A stretch of 63,350 nucleotides of DNA, counting the filler, from Platydemus manokwari (taxonomy: Eukaryota), in NCBI GenBank assembly GCA_037951405.1. It is 6 parts of 6 records of this genome, joined end to end, with 100 filler letters (N's around TTAATTAATTAA, not from the genome) between each part and the next. Parts side by side here need not be neighbours in the genome. Positions count along the whole stretch, not along the records: positions 40,334 to 54,190 come from JBBMOY011593631.1; positions 54,291 to 63,350 come from JBBMOY011269873.1; 4 more parts are not named here. One strand, written 5' to 3'. The notes beneath the pieces were generated by a model that saw only the letters and a program-made list of their open reading frames with translations, did no database searches and had not been told where the DNA came from. Positions 51,061-63,350 of the stretch are shown here, in pieces. Numbering within the stretch: position 1 is the first letter of the stretch; every line of letters begins with the position of its first letter. Made by a program: the position numbers and the translations under genes.

Positions 51061-53509
51061 AAAGGATTATTTTCTTAATTTACATCATTATTTCAGCTAT
51101 TATTTTACCGTAGTTCTGGTATTTGTTTTAATTTTAATTTTTAAAAAATATTAAACTATTTCTACTAAGTTTGATTGCTTTTAACAATTGCTATGGTAAT
51201 TTGGACTTTCTGATTGAACCAATCACAATTTCATTGGCTAGTAAAACGTTAAGTATGTTTTGCAATTTTTCACTTAATCAATATAAGTCCTCAAAACCAA
51301 CATTTCATAATCATTTTCTGGTCGATTTGATTACACAACCAATTTGCTAAGATTCATTTTCATTTACTACTTAACAATTCCCAATTTTCATAAATGTATC
51401 TTGGTACTATATCACCATATTTCTCGTAATAAATATTTAATGTTAAAAAGGCCTGAGTCACATGAATTCAAGTTTTATATATAATTCTTATTATATTTTC
51501 TGAATCTACGATAAAAAAGTGAGCATTGTCAGTGTTGATAAGAGGAACATATAAAGATTTTCTCTACTTGGAATATTATTTATTTAAAGATATAATTGTG
51601 GTATTTTACCGATAGATCTGTTTTTCAACTCTCTTTAATCACCGTAGGGAATATCGAATTCACCATTTAATATTCGAATTTTTAATCATTCCACATACAT
51701 TCAATAAAAGTTTTTCTCAGTGGTAGATATTGTAGTTGTAGTTCTATTCCATATCAGCAAAAGAAATTGTATTATGTTTTTAAAGCAATGGAATAAACCT
51801 GTCACCAATTTTTAAGTTCATTTGCGGTTTTATTATATAGGTATCCAATGAAAAATCGAGTCTGGAGGAAATTTTTCTTGATATTTTCCACCAATATTGG
51901 GATTTCCATTACTACTAAGAATGAATAAATCAATATTTTAATCAATTTCGTATCTAATAAGATAACATACAATTATTTCGCATACTACAACCGATCATAT
52001 TGATCTTCATTTAGACATGGATCTCTGGAATAATATTTGATGTCCTCTAATAAGAATATTCTATTTTATAGACCGATTTCAGTGAGAATTATTTAACTGA
52101 GTTTTTCAAATGGTGATTCCTTGGTTCAGATAACAAATATTGGCGTGAAAAAATCGATTATTATTTGACGATATTTTATTTTAAAATTGAGAAATGTTTT
52201 GTAAGACGTATTTGGATCAAATCCAGTATTAAATATTACCAAAGCTATTCAATAAAATAATAATGGGCAGCAAACATTGATTGTAAATTCTACATTTTAT
52301 TAAAAAATGTTATGAATATCAACTTTCTGGGTTGATGAGACTTTCTCTTGATGGAGTGTATAATGTATTAATGAGATTGTTCTTGAATTAATGAATCTCA
52401 ACACATCTTATTATTTCATTGGTAGTAGATTGCAAATAAAGTGAATACCGAATTGAGTTATTCAGATATTTTTCATTAGGTATCAATTATTTAGCGAATA
52501 TTTATTATTTTGAAAGACAAAATTCTTAATTAATTCTCATATAATTTTTCAAAACTATTATTCACTCTATTATTCCAAATATTTAATCCAATATTTAATT
52601 TTATTTTCAGAATCTATCTATAGAATTCTGATCATGATATTGAAATAAATTTTAAAATCATTATTACACAGTTATTGATAAGGAATTATATATTTTCGAT
52701 TTACATCAATTTTCAATGATTTTAATGATTGCAATGACATTTTCCATGAGAGATTTTGGGTGGAGATTAAACATTTCAATTAATTTTTGAAATGATATCC
52801 TATTATTACAAATAATTATTGAGAAACGATTGTATTCTCCTCTGCAATGTAGTCATTAAATAGACAATATTCTAGTCATGTTGTAGCTGCACAATTCGGG
52901 TTGACAGTAAAGTATTTTCCCATTTATTGCACAAAAGATTTCTGTTCCATTTGACCTTCTGAAAATAAGAAAGTACATCCATTGTTTTTATAAATGAATC
53001 AATAATAAATGAAATGAATTCCGATATCAGTTCTGTTTTTATACCACGTCTATGTTACATCATATCTTGCGTAAGATCATCTTTTTTATTGATGAACTAA
53101 AGGACATGTGGTGGTAAAATCATCATAAATGAAAATCGATTAATTAAATCTCATAAAAAGAATTTTTAAATCTAAGGAAACTTCATTTGAATTAAATTTA
53201 AATACGTGCTTGGATAGGCTTTATAAGCATATGTAATAAAATGCGATATTTCTATTTTGATTTTCGTGATTATAAGATACTCAATTCTAAGGCTCAGATT
53301 ACATAATAAATGAAATCTAATTATCTGATAGAAATATTACGAAGAATTCCAAAACGTTTTAAACTTAACAATTTCTATCCAGAAACACTTAGAATTCTAA
53401 TAAATAAGAATTCAAACAAAGAGATCATTATGATTGGTCGTTGAAGACTTTTGTTGTGACAAACCCAATAAGAAAACTTCCAAGTACATCATTTGAAATA
53501 CATTAAAAT

Positions 53510-54072
53510 TATAAGCCGCTACTATTTTAAAAAACCATGGCATTAAAATCGAACTGAAAAATCACGATACCAAATTATGTATACAATTATATAAATACAA
53601 TGATATTAACAAATAAATATAATTTTGTATAAAATCTGAATTAAATATTTAAAAATTTAATTCATTTATAAATTATCCCACCCCCTTTCCTTTTAAATCG
53701 TTGATTTTCTAAATTGTCTCTGCATCGAATACTCTATATTTAAACGAAAACTGTAATTCTTCTATATTCTTTTAAATCACCTTTATATCTTCTCAACAAC
53801 TTCTATATCTTCTCTATAAATTCTTTAAACAGTCTCAGTATCTTTTTTCTTCTCTTCTATAATTTTCAGTCATAAATCTTTTCAGAATTGAATCCAAATC
53901 CGTGGTTACCATGCAAGCAGCTACCATTTTAGAAACCACACATTAAAAACGAATTGAAGAGTCACGATAACAAATTATGTATTGAAATGCAATTATTTAA
54001 ACAAATAAATATAATTTTATATAAAATCTGAATTAAATCTTTATAAATTTTATTCTTTTAAAAGTACTCACA
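53510..54072 (-). mobile_element. TRIM-like miniature non-autonomous LTR retrotransposon (563 bp)
   Basis: Diverged direct repeats 53510-~53681 and 53912-54072 (the latter TG...CA). On the minus strand, TGGTAACCACGG (PBS-like) immediately follows the 5' LTR and GGAAAGGGGG (PPT) precedes the 3' LTR. AAAAT flanks both sides (53505-53509, 54073-54077). Confidence 0.8.
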
Positions 54073-54190
54073 AAAATATAACGACAAATCAACCAATCAT
54101 TAAGTGAAAACATTAATTGAGAGTACAGTGAAAATTAATTTCATTTTATTGATTCTGTTATCTTACAATGAAAATCAATAATGATTCTAT

Positions 54191-54290
54191 NNNNNNNNNN
54201 NNNNNNNNNNNNNNNNNNNNNNNNNNNNNNNNNNTTAATTAATTAANNNNNNNNNNNNNNNNNNNNNNNNNNNNNNNNNNNNNNNNNNNN
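54191..54290. other. Artificial contig-joining spacer
   Basis: N44-TTAATTAATTAA-N44. Confidence 0.98.
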
Positions 54291-55119
54291 GATATTTATT
54301 CGTGTAGATACTTAATCGATGGTTTATGGATAATTTTTAACTTCATAATAACCCTTGTCATTATATATAAATTAATAATAACTATTAATTTGATAGTTAT
54401 TCCAGTTTTTTGTTTTTTTAAATTTTCACCAACAAATATTTTTGTCAAAATATTCAAACAAATTATAATAAAAGAGGTTTTTAATTGGTTGACGAATAAA
54501 TAATGTCCCTGAAAAAAGCGTAAAACATTGGAACATTTTAAAAAGAAAAAATCAAAAGATATAAAATAAAAAGCGTGTCTTCACTAAAAATTAAAAAAAG
54601 AAAAATTAAATTAAATTTTATAAAAAACGCTTAACGAAGATTTGAAAAAATTTGTTTTAATGAGGAAAATCCATTTTGCTTTATTTTAAAATGTAAAAGG
54701 CGTGAGTCATATTAATTGATGACAGAAATGGCCAACTGGCTCACGATCATGTTGATACATGCCCTGATCTGACAGATATGTAAAGGGACAAGTATAATTT
54801 GTAAATGCACGAATCATATCAGTCACAGTTAACGGCATATAATTTGATACGAATTTATATTTCATTATTCTGTTCCAAATTTTTCAAGCAATTTTGTGAA
54901 TATTTTGGTGAATGATTTCGATATATTGTATTATTATTTACTATATTATTTAATTTATTGTTATCAACAAATATACTGTGCAATTCATAAGTCTCCATCT
55001 CTAAAACTAAAAACAACAGTAAGACCAAAGGAAATGTATTGAGTTACTTTAATGCTCAACAAAACACAATAACACTCAGAACAAATAACGGTACATAATA
55101 AGCAATTTCATAGCAACTG

Positions 55120-55717
55120 TTCAAAATGTTAACCTTTCTCCAAATAGAAATTGTATCATTTCTTGAAGCTTGAATAACATTTATGGACGACTTAGTGATT
55201 GATGCTTATTATTTCATGTGAAATTGCTTCTTCAAATTTGTTGAACGTTGTATAATTGTTATGGATTGCATCAACGCGATCTTTGATATAGCTCCATAGC
55301 CAAATATCCAATATCGTGAAGTCTGGTGACCTAGGTGACCGCTTCTATGGTCCTCTACTATCAATCCACGGCTGTGAAAAATGTCGATCAAGCTATTGTT
55401 GTGCTGAAAAACTGAAATGAGGCTGGGCACCACCGTGTTGATACCAGTGTTGATTGTCATTTCTCGTTGATCTGTATCATCTTTTCCTTCATAATTTCAT
55501 CAAACGGTCTTTATGTTCACAACCTTGTGGATAAATTTCCAATTTCTTCAAACTTCTGCTTCCAATATTGCACTGTTGTCCTAACTGGCGGTGCACGATT
55601 GAAATGTTGTTGAAATTCTTGGCAAGCTTTGGTACTAGTGTGGTATACTAATGCATTGATAAATATAAACGCTCTATCTCCAAGATAAAATCCAACATCA
55701 ACAGTTGCTTTCGCCAT
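55120..55717 (-). mobile_element. Internally deleted Tc1/mariner relic of maT/rosa (DD37D/DD41D-like) type
   Basis: N-terminal HTH (FQQHFNRAPPVRTTVQYWKQKFEEIGN) and C-terminal QHGGAQPH...LDRHFSQPWIDSRG...PRSPDFTILDIWLWSYIKDRV (QQDGAPPH / WPPRSPDL pattern). Confidence 0.8.
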
Positions 55718-57402
55718 ATTGAATTCTAGATCTAACTGTTCTGATAATCATTTTGTCATTTCATCACTATATAACCCGTCAAATTTTTAACAATTATTTT
55801 TATTTAAATCAAAATAACAGTTCAGAAAATAATTATTGAATATCGAATATTTTAAATTTTAAATTTCAAAATAATCTATAATAATTTTATAATATTAACA
55901 AATGATATGTTGTAATCAAATTAAAAAAGTGACATGCAGAGTTAAATTATTCGTAACAACTAATTGTGAAATAAGATTTCGAATAAATTTTAAGTATGTT
56001 TAAGGATGTGAAGAGTAGTAGATGAAGATTAAAAAATTTGTGTTAGCCAAATCTCTCTCTAGATTTACTGGAAGAAGTTCTTTGTGAATTAAATAATCAA
56101 GGCGTTTATTCTGAAAGGATCATGAACAGAGGTATAATGAGAATGGCTTGCGATGAAAGATATTATGAATGCAGAATACTTAGAGAGGTGGTTCTAAGTT
56201 AGGCGTTATTCAAAAATTAAACGCAATAAAAGCTATGAAAATGATTCAAAGAAGTTTTTATAACATGGTTGGGCGAACATCATCCAAGAAATTATTTATT
56301 CACCTAACAGAATGCTTCTGCAAAGGAAAAGATATTAATTTGAGATGAGTTTATATTTTAGATTGGTTTATAAAGGTAAAATAGCAAGCATTCAAGAAAA
56401 TTCTTGTTGAAAGATTTTATCAGAAGTTGTGAAGAATTCGTACAGAACAGACAGAACTGAACTGTATTTAGTGAATGTATTGGCTTCAAATTATCAGTGT
56501 AAAAGCCTGCAGAAATCCGCAACTATGGTAACACCAAGGAAAAATTATTCACATGGAGCATGACTAGCCAGTTCATTTTATAACTATAATCATTATATGA
56601 CATAATAATTATTGGCTTTCAGTATTCGTCTCAGTAATAATAATAATAGTGCTAATAATAATGATTATTATTATAAGAACTGTTATATAATAATCGATAT
56701 TTCACCAAAATATTCGAATAATTATCTGTAATATTATAGTTCCTACAATTATAAATAGTTTCTTTAATATTTAAGTTTAATAGTTGTCAAGGACAACTAT
56801 GTTTTGAATAATGATAGCCTTAAGCTATTATCGTTCGAATCTAGCAAGCAATACGAATGAATTACGAACAATTTCGCTCAACCATATTAAAGAGCATCTA
56901 TTAAATAATTAAAAACGAATTAATCTCACAAATTTAAAGGAAGTCAGAGATTAGCAATTTCTATCGTGGATAATTGTTCATAGGTTTGAGTTTTTGTGGT
57001 AAATTAAAATCTCCACGTTTTTGTCATCACCAATTTTTGTTTGACTGAACTAACAATTGAAACACACAAAAACTTTTCTGAAAATATTGCTCGTTCAAAA
57101 AATAGGGGGTTCACGTTTATTTTTGTCATCAAACCATGACCTTTAATAAACGGTTAGGTAATTGAGTCGCATTGAAGAGCACCGCACTATCATTTCACAT
57201 GAGACCGTACGTCAATAGTGAGACTTCTATACAAAGATTCACTAATTCTTTTGCCTAGCAAATCTCTTTCGTGTTTGTTCGGCGAGAATCAAAGAAAATT
57301 TTAATTTAAAAATTATAAAGCAAAGATAGGAATTTTAGTTTTTCTTTTATAATTAAATGACAATTAAAACAAAAAATTAAAATAAAAAGAATAATTATTT
57401 AC

Positions 57403-60400
57403 CTGCAACTTACACTTCACCACCCAAGATTCGGCTGGAAACTCCATGAGCAAAGGAATCAAAAATTGAATGCAAGCATTCCAATGACCCAGTAAAAGCA
57501 TGAGAAGAACAAGCTTGCATATTCCGATGAATTTGCTAGCAATATTGAGGAACTAAAACAATAAATCGATATGTTTATCAAAGTTAATTCATTAAAATAG
57601 ACTAAATTTATAATTTTATAATTAGTTGTCCACTGATACCATTCCTGATTTTTTGCGACGTCTCAAATTACCAAACACGAAATCAATAATTGATATTGAA
57701 GTTGTGTTTCGTTGGGAAACTATGATAAATGAGCTGAACGATTCTGATGACAGATGAGATAATGATCACACGCTACATCAGATGGACAGGGCACATGTAA
57801 AATAATTAAAAATCCATATTAGTTTCTTAATACAAAAAAAATACATCCGTCTATTCTCGGGACTGATGTCATCATTGGTGATGATTAGAATGAATATTAG
57901 ATACCAAATTTCATTTCTCAGAAAATTATAGAAAATTGCAGACTTACTTAGAGTCTTGTAGACGAAGCTCAGTATGGTATGAGAAATATTTGAGACGTTA
58001 ATGAAGATTCTTTATAATTACGAATATTTATGGATAATTATGAGCGGGATTTAGTAATTATAGACAACTTAATATAAATATAATATGATTAATTATTAGT
58101 CGTCTATTTATAAAATATAAGACAGTTTGCATATGCTAACCTTTGAGTCTTCTAGTCAAGATTAATTATACAGTCCTTGATTGATATAAATATTCTGTTG
58201 GGTTTTTATTAAAAAAATTACTGTTGGAAAATATGGTGAATTAATCGTAGAAAAATATAAATTAATAATAATCTTCATAACGCAAAGAAGAGGTTAAAAA
58301 TAATTAAATGTACGAAAGGTAAATAAAGCACAATGACGGGAAGTAACCTTAAAAGAAAGCATAGAGTGATAAAATGGTGAAAATTTACACTATAGCCACT
58401 AGCAAAGCTAAAAAACGAATGTGGTTTTATTATCATACTAGTTTGTCTTAAAACTAGTCTAGGGTAATCTCTAAATATCAATTATATTGTTAGAGTAGAA
58501 CTCACATCATTGATATTAACTGTTGCAAATAAAACGTATTCAAGCTGAAGGTAGTGAAAAAAGTCCGGGGACGTATTGCGTTTTTATTGATTAAAGGATT
58601 GCATTGTGTTGAGTTTTTGCACAAAATTTTGCATTAAATAAATCTTTACAAACAAAATTGTAACAATTTCTCTCGGTGTGCACCTAAATGCTTTATAGTT
58701 ATCAAATTCAGAACTACAACCCGTTAAGTAAGAGTAGTCTCATACTTGAAATTATTATTGTTGTAATGATGATAAATACTGAGACCGGCTGTTATTTCAT
58801 AAAATATGAATTTAAAGCAAATATAAGAATGTCAGCCAACAAAAGAATATTTAATTAAAATATTCAAGCAAATTAAATTTATCATTAATATTTTAATATA
58901 TATATCAATATATTCTCTATTTAAAAGGATCAATAAGATATTAATTGATTCTAAAATCATCACAATTATTATTACTATTATTTCTGATTATTATCATTAT
59001 ACAATCCTATATTATTTATAATGTATTATGAGTTGAACCAGTAAAATAATTATTTATATCATTAAGTACACACGAAAGTAATAATAATAAAGAATGACAA
59101 ACCTCTTCCCATTGACTGACATACCTCACGAGTCTGGATAATCGTAGAAGTCGAAGCATGCTTAAGAGTTTCGCAAGTCGTAAAATTCTCAAAGTTCGAC
59201 CTATTTTCAAAGGAATTTTCAAATAATCAAAATGCATTGATAATAATGTGTATGGCATAAATATAAAACAACAATAATAGTTGAACACAAGACATATTTT
59301 TCAAATCTCATCATATTCAAAGAGTTGAATCAATAAATTAAGCTAATTACCATTTATTTATCCTATTTTTCATTTCCCATTTGTAAAATCTTTTTCGATT
59401 AAACAGCTTATTTGATTTAACAAATCAATGAATGAATAATTCGACGAAACTTTGATTGGAAATTGACGAATATAATTCAATTTGGGAAATTTATTAAAAT
59501 GAGAAATAGCAGAGAGTGTTCGATTGGAAATAATAAATAATTCTGGCTTATTAGAATAATTAAAATATCAAATATTAATTATATAATAATGGGATTCTAA
59601 TCTACCAACTGGATCAAGTATTATTGCCATTTCTTTTCAAGTTAAAGTAGCAAATATGAATTGAGAGAGCAATAATATATAATCGACCTTCTTTATACTC
59701 TCACATGGTACCGATTGATAAATATAAAGTATAACGAATATGATATTTACGAGTGAAAGTAAAGAAAGAAATAACTCAAATATATTATAGAAATTATCGG
59801 TTTTAACAATATTTTTACTGTAATCCTCTACCATTTTCTAAAGCACGCATTGGAAACCAACTGGAACGTCAAATTATTATCGTCTTACATGAATGTATAA
59901 AACCTTTTAAAATTATAAAATCCTCGAAACCCGTTTTCTTTTAAGTGGTTGATAGTTAATGTATGCCTAATAACCTTCTTATCGAGCTCTCCACATATTT
60001 GCCTAAATGAAAACTTCAATTTCTTCTCTTTTATTTAAATCTTTCTCGAACATTCCTTATTTTTTAATTACCTTCTCCTCATCATTTCTATATCTTCCTC
60101 TTCTTTTATACTTCCATGTGATAGGTATTCGAAATATGCGTGGTCGTCAAGATTTAATTAAATAAATATTATCGAGTTTTTCTTTTAAAAGAAACTTTCA
60201 AGTAATAAATCCGATAATTGAAATATTGCAAAATTTAGAAACGGATCATCTCAAGGTTGGATTATAGGAGGGAGAAAGATATCAATAAATATAGAAGATA
60301 AAAAATAGAAAACCAATAAATACGTTATATTATTTATGAATATCAAGTCAGTGCAGATAATTGTTTAAAGCGAACAAAAAGCCGAGAAATTACTAGTTAG

Positions 60401-61404
60401 AAATGGAAACAAGAAATATACTGGGTTTATTTCGAACTTGACAACCAGAACAGCAAGTGGCACACAACTGCCCAAGAAGGAAATAAGCCAAAGCCATTTA
60501 TTAACAACAATAATATAATTCAAAATGAGAAAATGATAATTTGCGACTCTGATAATGTACACCTTACAATTTGGAATAAGTGGTCGTTTTAGCGATAGTG
60601 TTTAGGGTATCTGAAAATTTTCCAACATTTTATCTTTAGTGGATTGTTTAAATTTTTTTAAGTGAAGTTGAAAGCTTGTTTAAAATATTTATTTGAAATG
60701 CATTTTCAGATACCACTATAAAGCTAAATATGAATTGAAAAGGAATTTAATAAGTCAGTCCGAACAGTATATTTTATCACGATATTTAAACGATCTATAT
60801 CGCTTTTAAAATATTTGTTTCGTTTTGTTTTTTTATAATTATCTAGAGAGGCGTTAAAATTATCCCCGAAATATTCCTCTTTTCTTTATTAGATGTTTTA
60901 TTTTACTTTATTTATTTAAGATATTGGCTTAAATACTTGATCCAATATGTTTTCCCGTAGTCATGGAAAGAGCTATACGTTTTTCATTCTTGTATCCGAC
61001 TAGAAATATACTCTTTCATACTTGCCTAACATGAATTTCCTCAGTTCACGTTGTGATCCGCTACTATTTTATTAAATATAAATTGATCAATATTTAGGAA
61101 ATTCAAACCACAAAAGTATATTTAATAAAAGTGCTCAAATTGAATATGAATATACTTTTTACTTTTAATGAATATCTAACTCTTAAAGTGAACTTTTAAA
61201 CAAGCAATATCATTAAGAGATTACGTCAAAACTAACCTGCATATGCTATCTGATGATAATTTCCTTCTCGATTGACTGCGAGAAAAATATAATCCAACGG
61301 AATCGAGCTGATGAGGTCAAGAAAGAACCACGATCTCAGGTAATTACGAGCAATGATTTTTGGATTAAGAATGATTTCATCTGATTTGTCTGTTAGTAAG
61401 ATGC
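57403..61404 (-). CDS. HCN: Hyperpolarization-activated cyclic nucleotide-gated (HCN/Ih) channel, internal exons 61404-61237, 59200-59103, 57552-57403 (S3-S5)
   Basis: The exons splice in frame: [42 protein letters not shown]...A|[33 protein letters not shown]|[44 protein letters not shown]. All have canonical AG/GT boundaries. Confidence 0.95.
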
Positions 61405-62149
61405 CTGCATAAAAAAATTAATTCATTTCGACGTTTATTCTCAGATATATTTTTCCAGGCACTTGAAAGCTCAAAATATTTGAGATTAAAGTTTTAGAAA
61501 TGAATGATCTTTATTCGGTGAGTTGAGTTATTTCTCAGGAAGTCATTTACATGATAATTAATTTGTTTTCAATGATTTTTCCCAATAGGAATTTAGAGAA
61601 TGAGTGTGTCGAGATCACAATTGCAATATATATTCTAAAGGATAAATCAGATAAATGATCAAATCACGAAATACAAAGATAAAAGATAATGACTCCAAGA
61701 AAAGAAATAGTCACAGGTTTACCCAACCATAAAATATTAGAATTTATATTTCTGTTGCTTACAATAATATCAAACGTTGATTTTTTCATAAATATAATTG
61801 GTATATTCTATTCCTTACATGAATAGTGCATTTCGATTTTCTATTTTATCCGTGAATGTGCACCAATTGAGCATTTAGTCGCATTACGAGAGCAGAATTT
61901 GAAGATTTGTTGTTGACCACTGATGCGCGTATCCATTGTATTTTTTGGTCTATGTTTGGTATCGATTTTTTCGATTTATTTTGTCTCATAGTTCACTATA
62001 ACGATGTCGTCTTGTAGTAGAAAATAATGAATAGATTCATCAAAACTAAAACTCGATTATATGCTTTTGAGGAAAATTTGAAAGAACAAATTTAATTTAA
62101 AAAATTTGCTAAAGTTAAAAAAATGGTCCTAAAATGAAATTTTAAATTT

Positions 62150-62686
62150 GATGAGTGTATTGCAAAAATCTATATAGTTTATTTAATTATATTCTTTACA
62201 AACATTTTGAATTTTTTATTTAAGTTATTAAGAAGAATATTAGTTGTTTGAAATGAAATATTACATACACCAGAGCTTAAAAATCTCTTAAAATTTGATT
62301 ATTTGAAAAAATGAAAAAAGTAGGTCGAATTGCAATTTATTGAAAATTAGCGAGGACCCATTTCTTAACATTAGAAGCAAATTGATAGACATTCTCAATT
62401 TTTACAATTATTTTATAAAAATAAGCAATGATATTTTCTTAAACATATTTGTAATTAACTATAATTATAAAGTTTTAAATTTAAAAACTCAGATAATCAT
62501 ATAAAAGTGTTGTGATTAGAATTGGAACTTGATTTTAAAACTGTTTTGTCAGTATTAGACATCTTAAAACATGAAATGAATTGTACAAATAAATCAAACA
62601 TATCAGTTATATATAAAATTAAGTTATAAATTTATATCAAGCGCGAAAATTCATTATAACGAAAGTAGGTCTTAACTTTAGCCAAA
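62150..62686 (+). repeat. Dispersed interspersed repeat, copy 2 (probably within an HCN intron)
   Basis: Homologous to 30850-31315, with an extra internal segment. Confidence 0.85.
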
Positions 62687-63350
62687 ATAACTTGGATAAA
62701 AAATTTTCCTTACAAGATGGCATACATAGATGAAAATCAGTAATTGCTAAGTACCAGTTTCCAAAGGCAAATTTAAGAGCTTATATTTCAATTGGTATTG
62801 CTAAACCATAATGTATTTTTGTAAAAACAATCATAGAAAATATGAAAATAATATAATATTGTTACCAGAACTCCAAAACTACTATTTTATTGAAATATTT
62901 ATTTATAGAATTTTATAAATCTATTAAATCTTTAAAAAAATGAATTCTATTTTACGGGATATCTCGATTATACTACATTTTGTTTAAACACAAATAAGAT
63001 AGCCCAGAATCTCATAGAGAAATAGAAAATAATAAATCTTTATTCAAAAAATAATTATAATGAATGCTATTAGACTATATCAGAAATTATTTAATAGGCC
63101 AAATATAATATAATTACTTAAATTCAAATTGTTTTTATACTTCGTTTTCTAATTCCAATTGCTGAAACCAACTTACACAATGCAAAAACTCGGAATTAGG
63201 GTTAAACTTATTTTACTCTGTGTTCTCTCTACCAAGTATCTAAAAATTTTTGAAATAAATATTAATCGATTTTAAAAATCAACATGAACGTTACTATACA
63301 AATGCCGAATATTCATCAAGAAAATTCAAATGGTATTTTATACCATTCCT

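Noticed and set aside
51400-53130. Coding-looking decayed minus-strand region (TWYKN, FFIVDSEN, NSCDSGLF)
   Set aside because: The motifs point to different families and lie in broken frames; no defensible call.
9085-54290. Recurring N44-TTAATTAATTAA-N44 blocks as a biological repeat or array
   Set aside because: Fixed 100-bp, six-frame-stop linker used to concatenate contigs. It also means no gene-neighbourhood inference should be made across them.
54720-54830. Plus-strand KWP...YVKGQV fragment resembling a Tc1/maT transposase C-terminus
   Set aside because: Too short and degenerate to call.

Overview
AT-rich eukaryotic (animal) DNA, not a prokaryotic locus. The many 45-60 nt GT-AG introns and the gene and transposon content would fit a planarian-type flatworm, but that is inference only. 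Five identical 100-bp artificial spacers (N44-TTAATTAATTAA-N44) split the window into six pieces: 1-9084, 9185-19447, 19548-31412, 31513-40233, 40334-54190 and 54291-63350. Neighbourhoods across spacers should not be interpreted. Host genes: an intronless secreted GDA1/CD39 apyrase, a complete spliced CstF-77 (CSTF3), a spliced Ig-domain type-I membrane protein, a C-type lectin + PAN/apple gene with a disrupted first exon, TPX2, the first exon of a DUF4140/DUF4139 (F37C4.5-like) gene, and three exons of an HCN channel. Mobile DNA: two decayed Polinton/Maverick regions (integrase, minor capsid, pPolB), two mariner relics, a maT/rosa-type Tc1-mariner relic, a Ty3/Gypsy integrase fragment, a restriction-like-endonuclease non-LTR retrotransposon, and a structurally complete 563-bp TRIM-like mini LTR element (LTRs, PBS, PPT, 5-bp TSD) that the ORF track misses. 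I do not see a convincing new multi-gene system. The best leads are the TRIM, the Polinton-pPolB/lectin-promoter tandem duplication, a possible intronic poly(A) feedback site in CstF-77, and the FN3-less L1-like Ig receptor.
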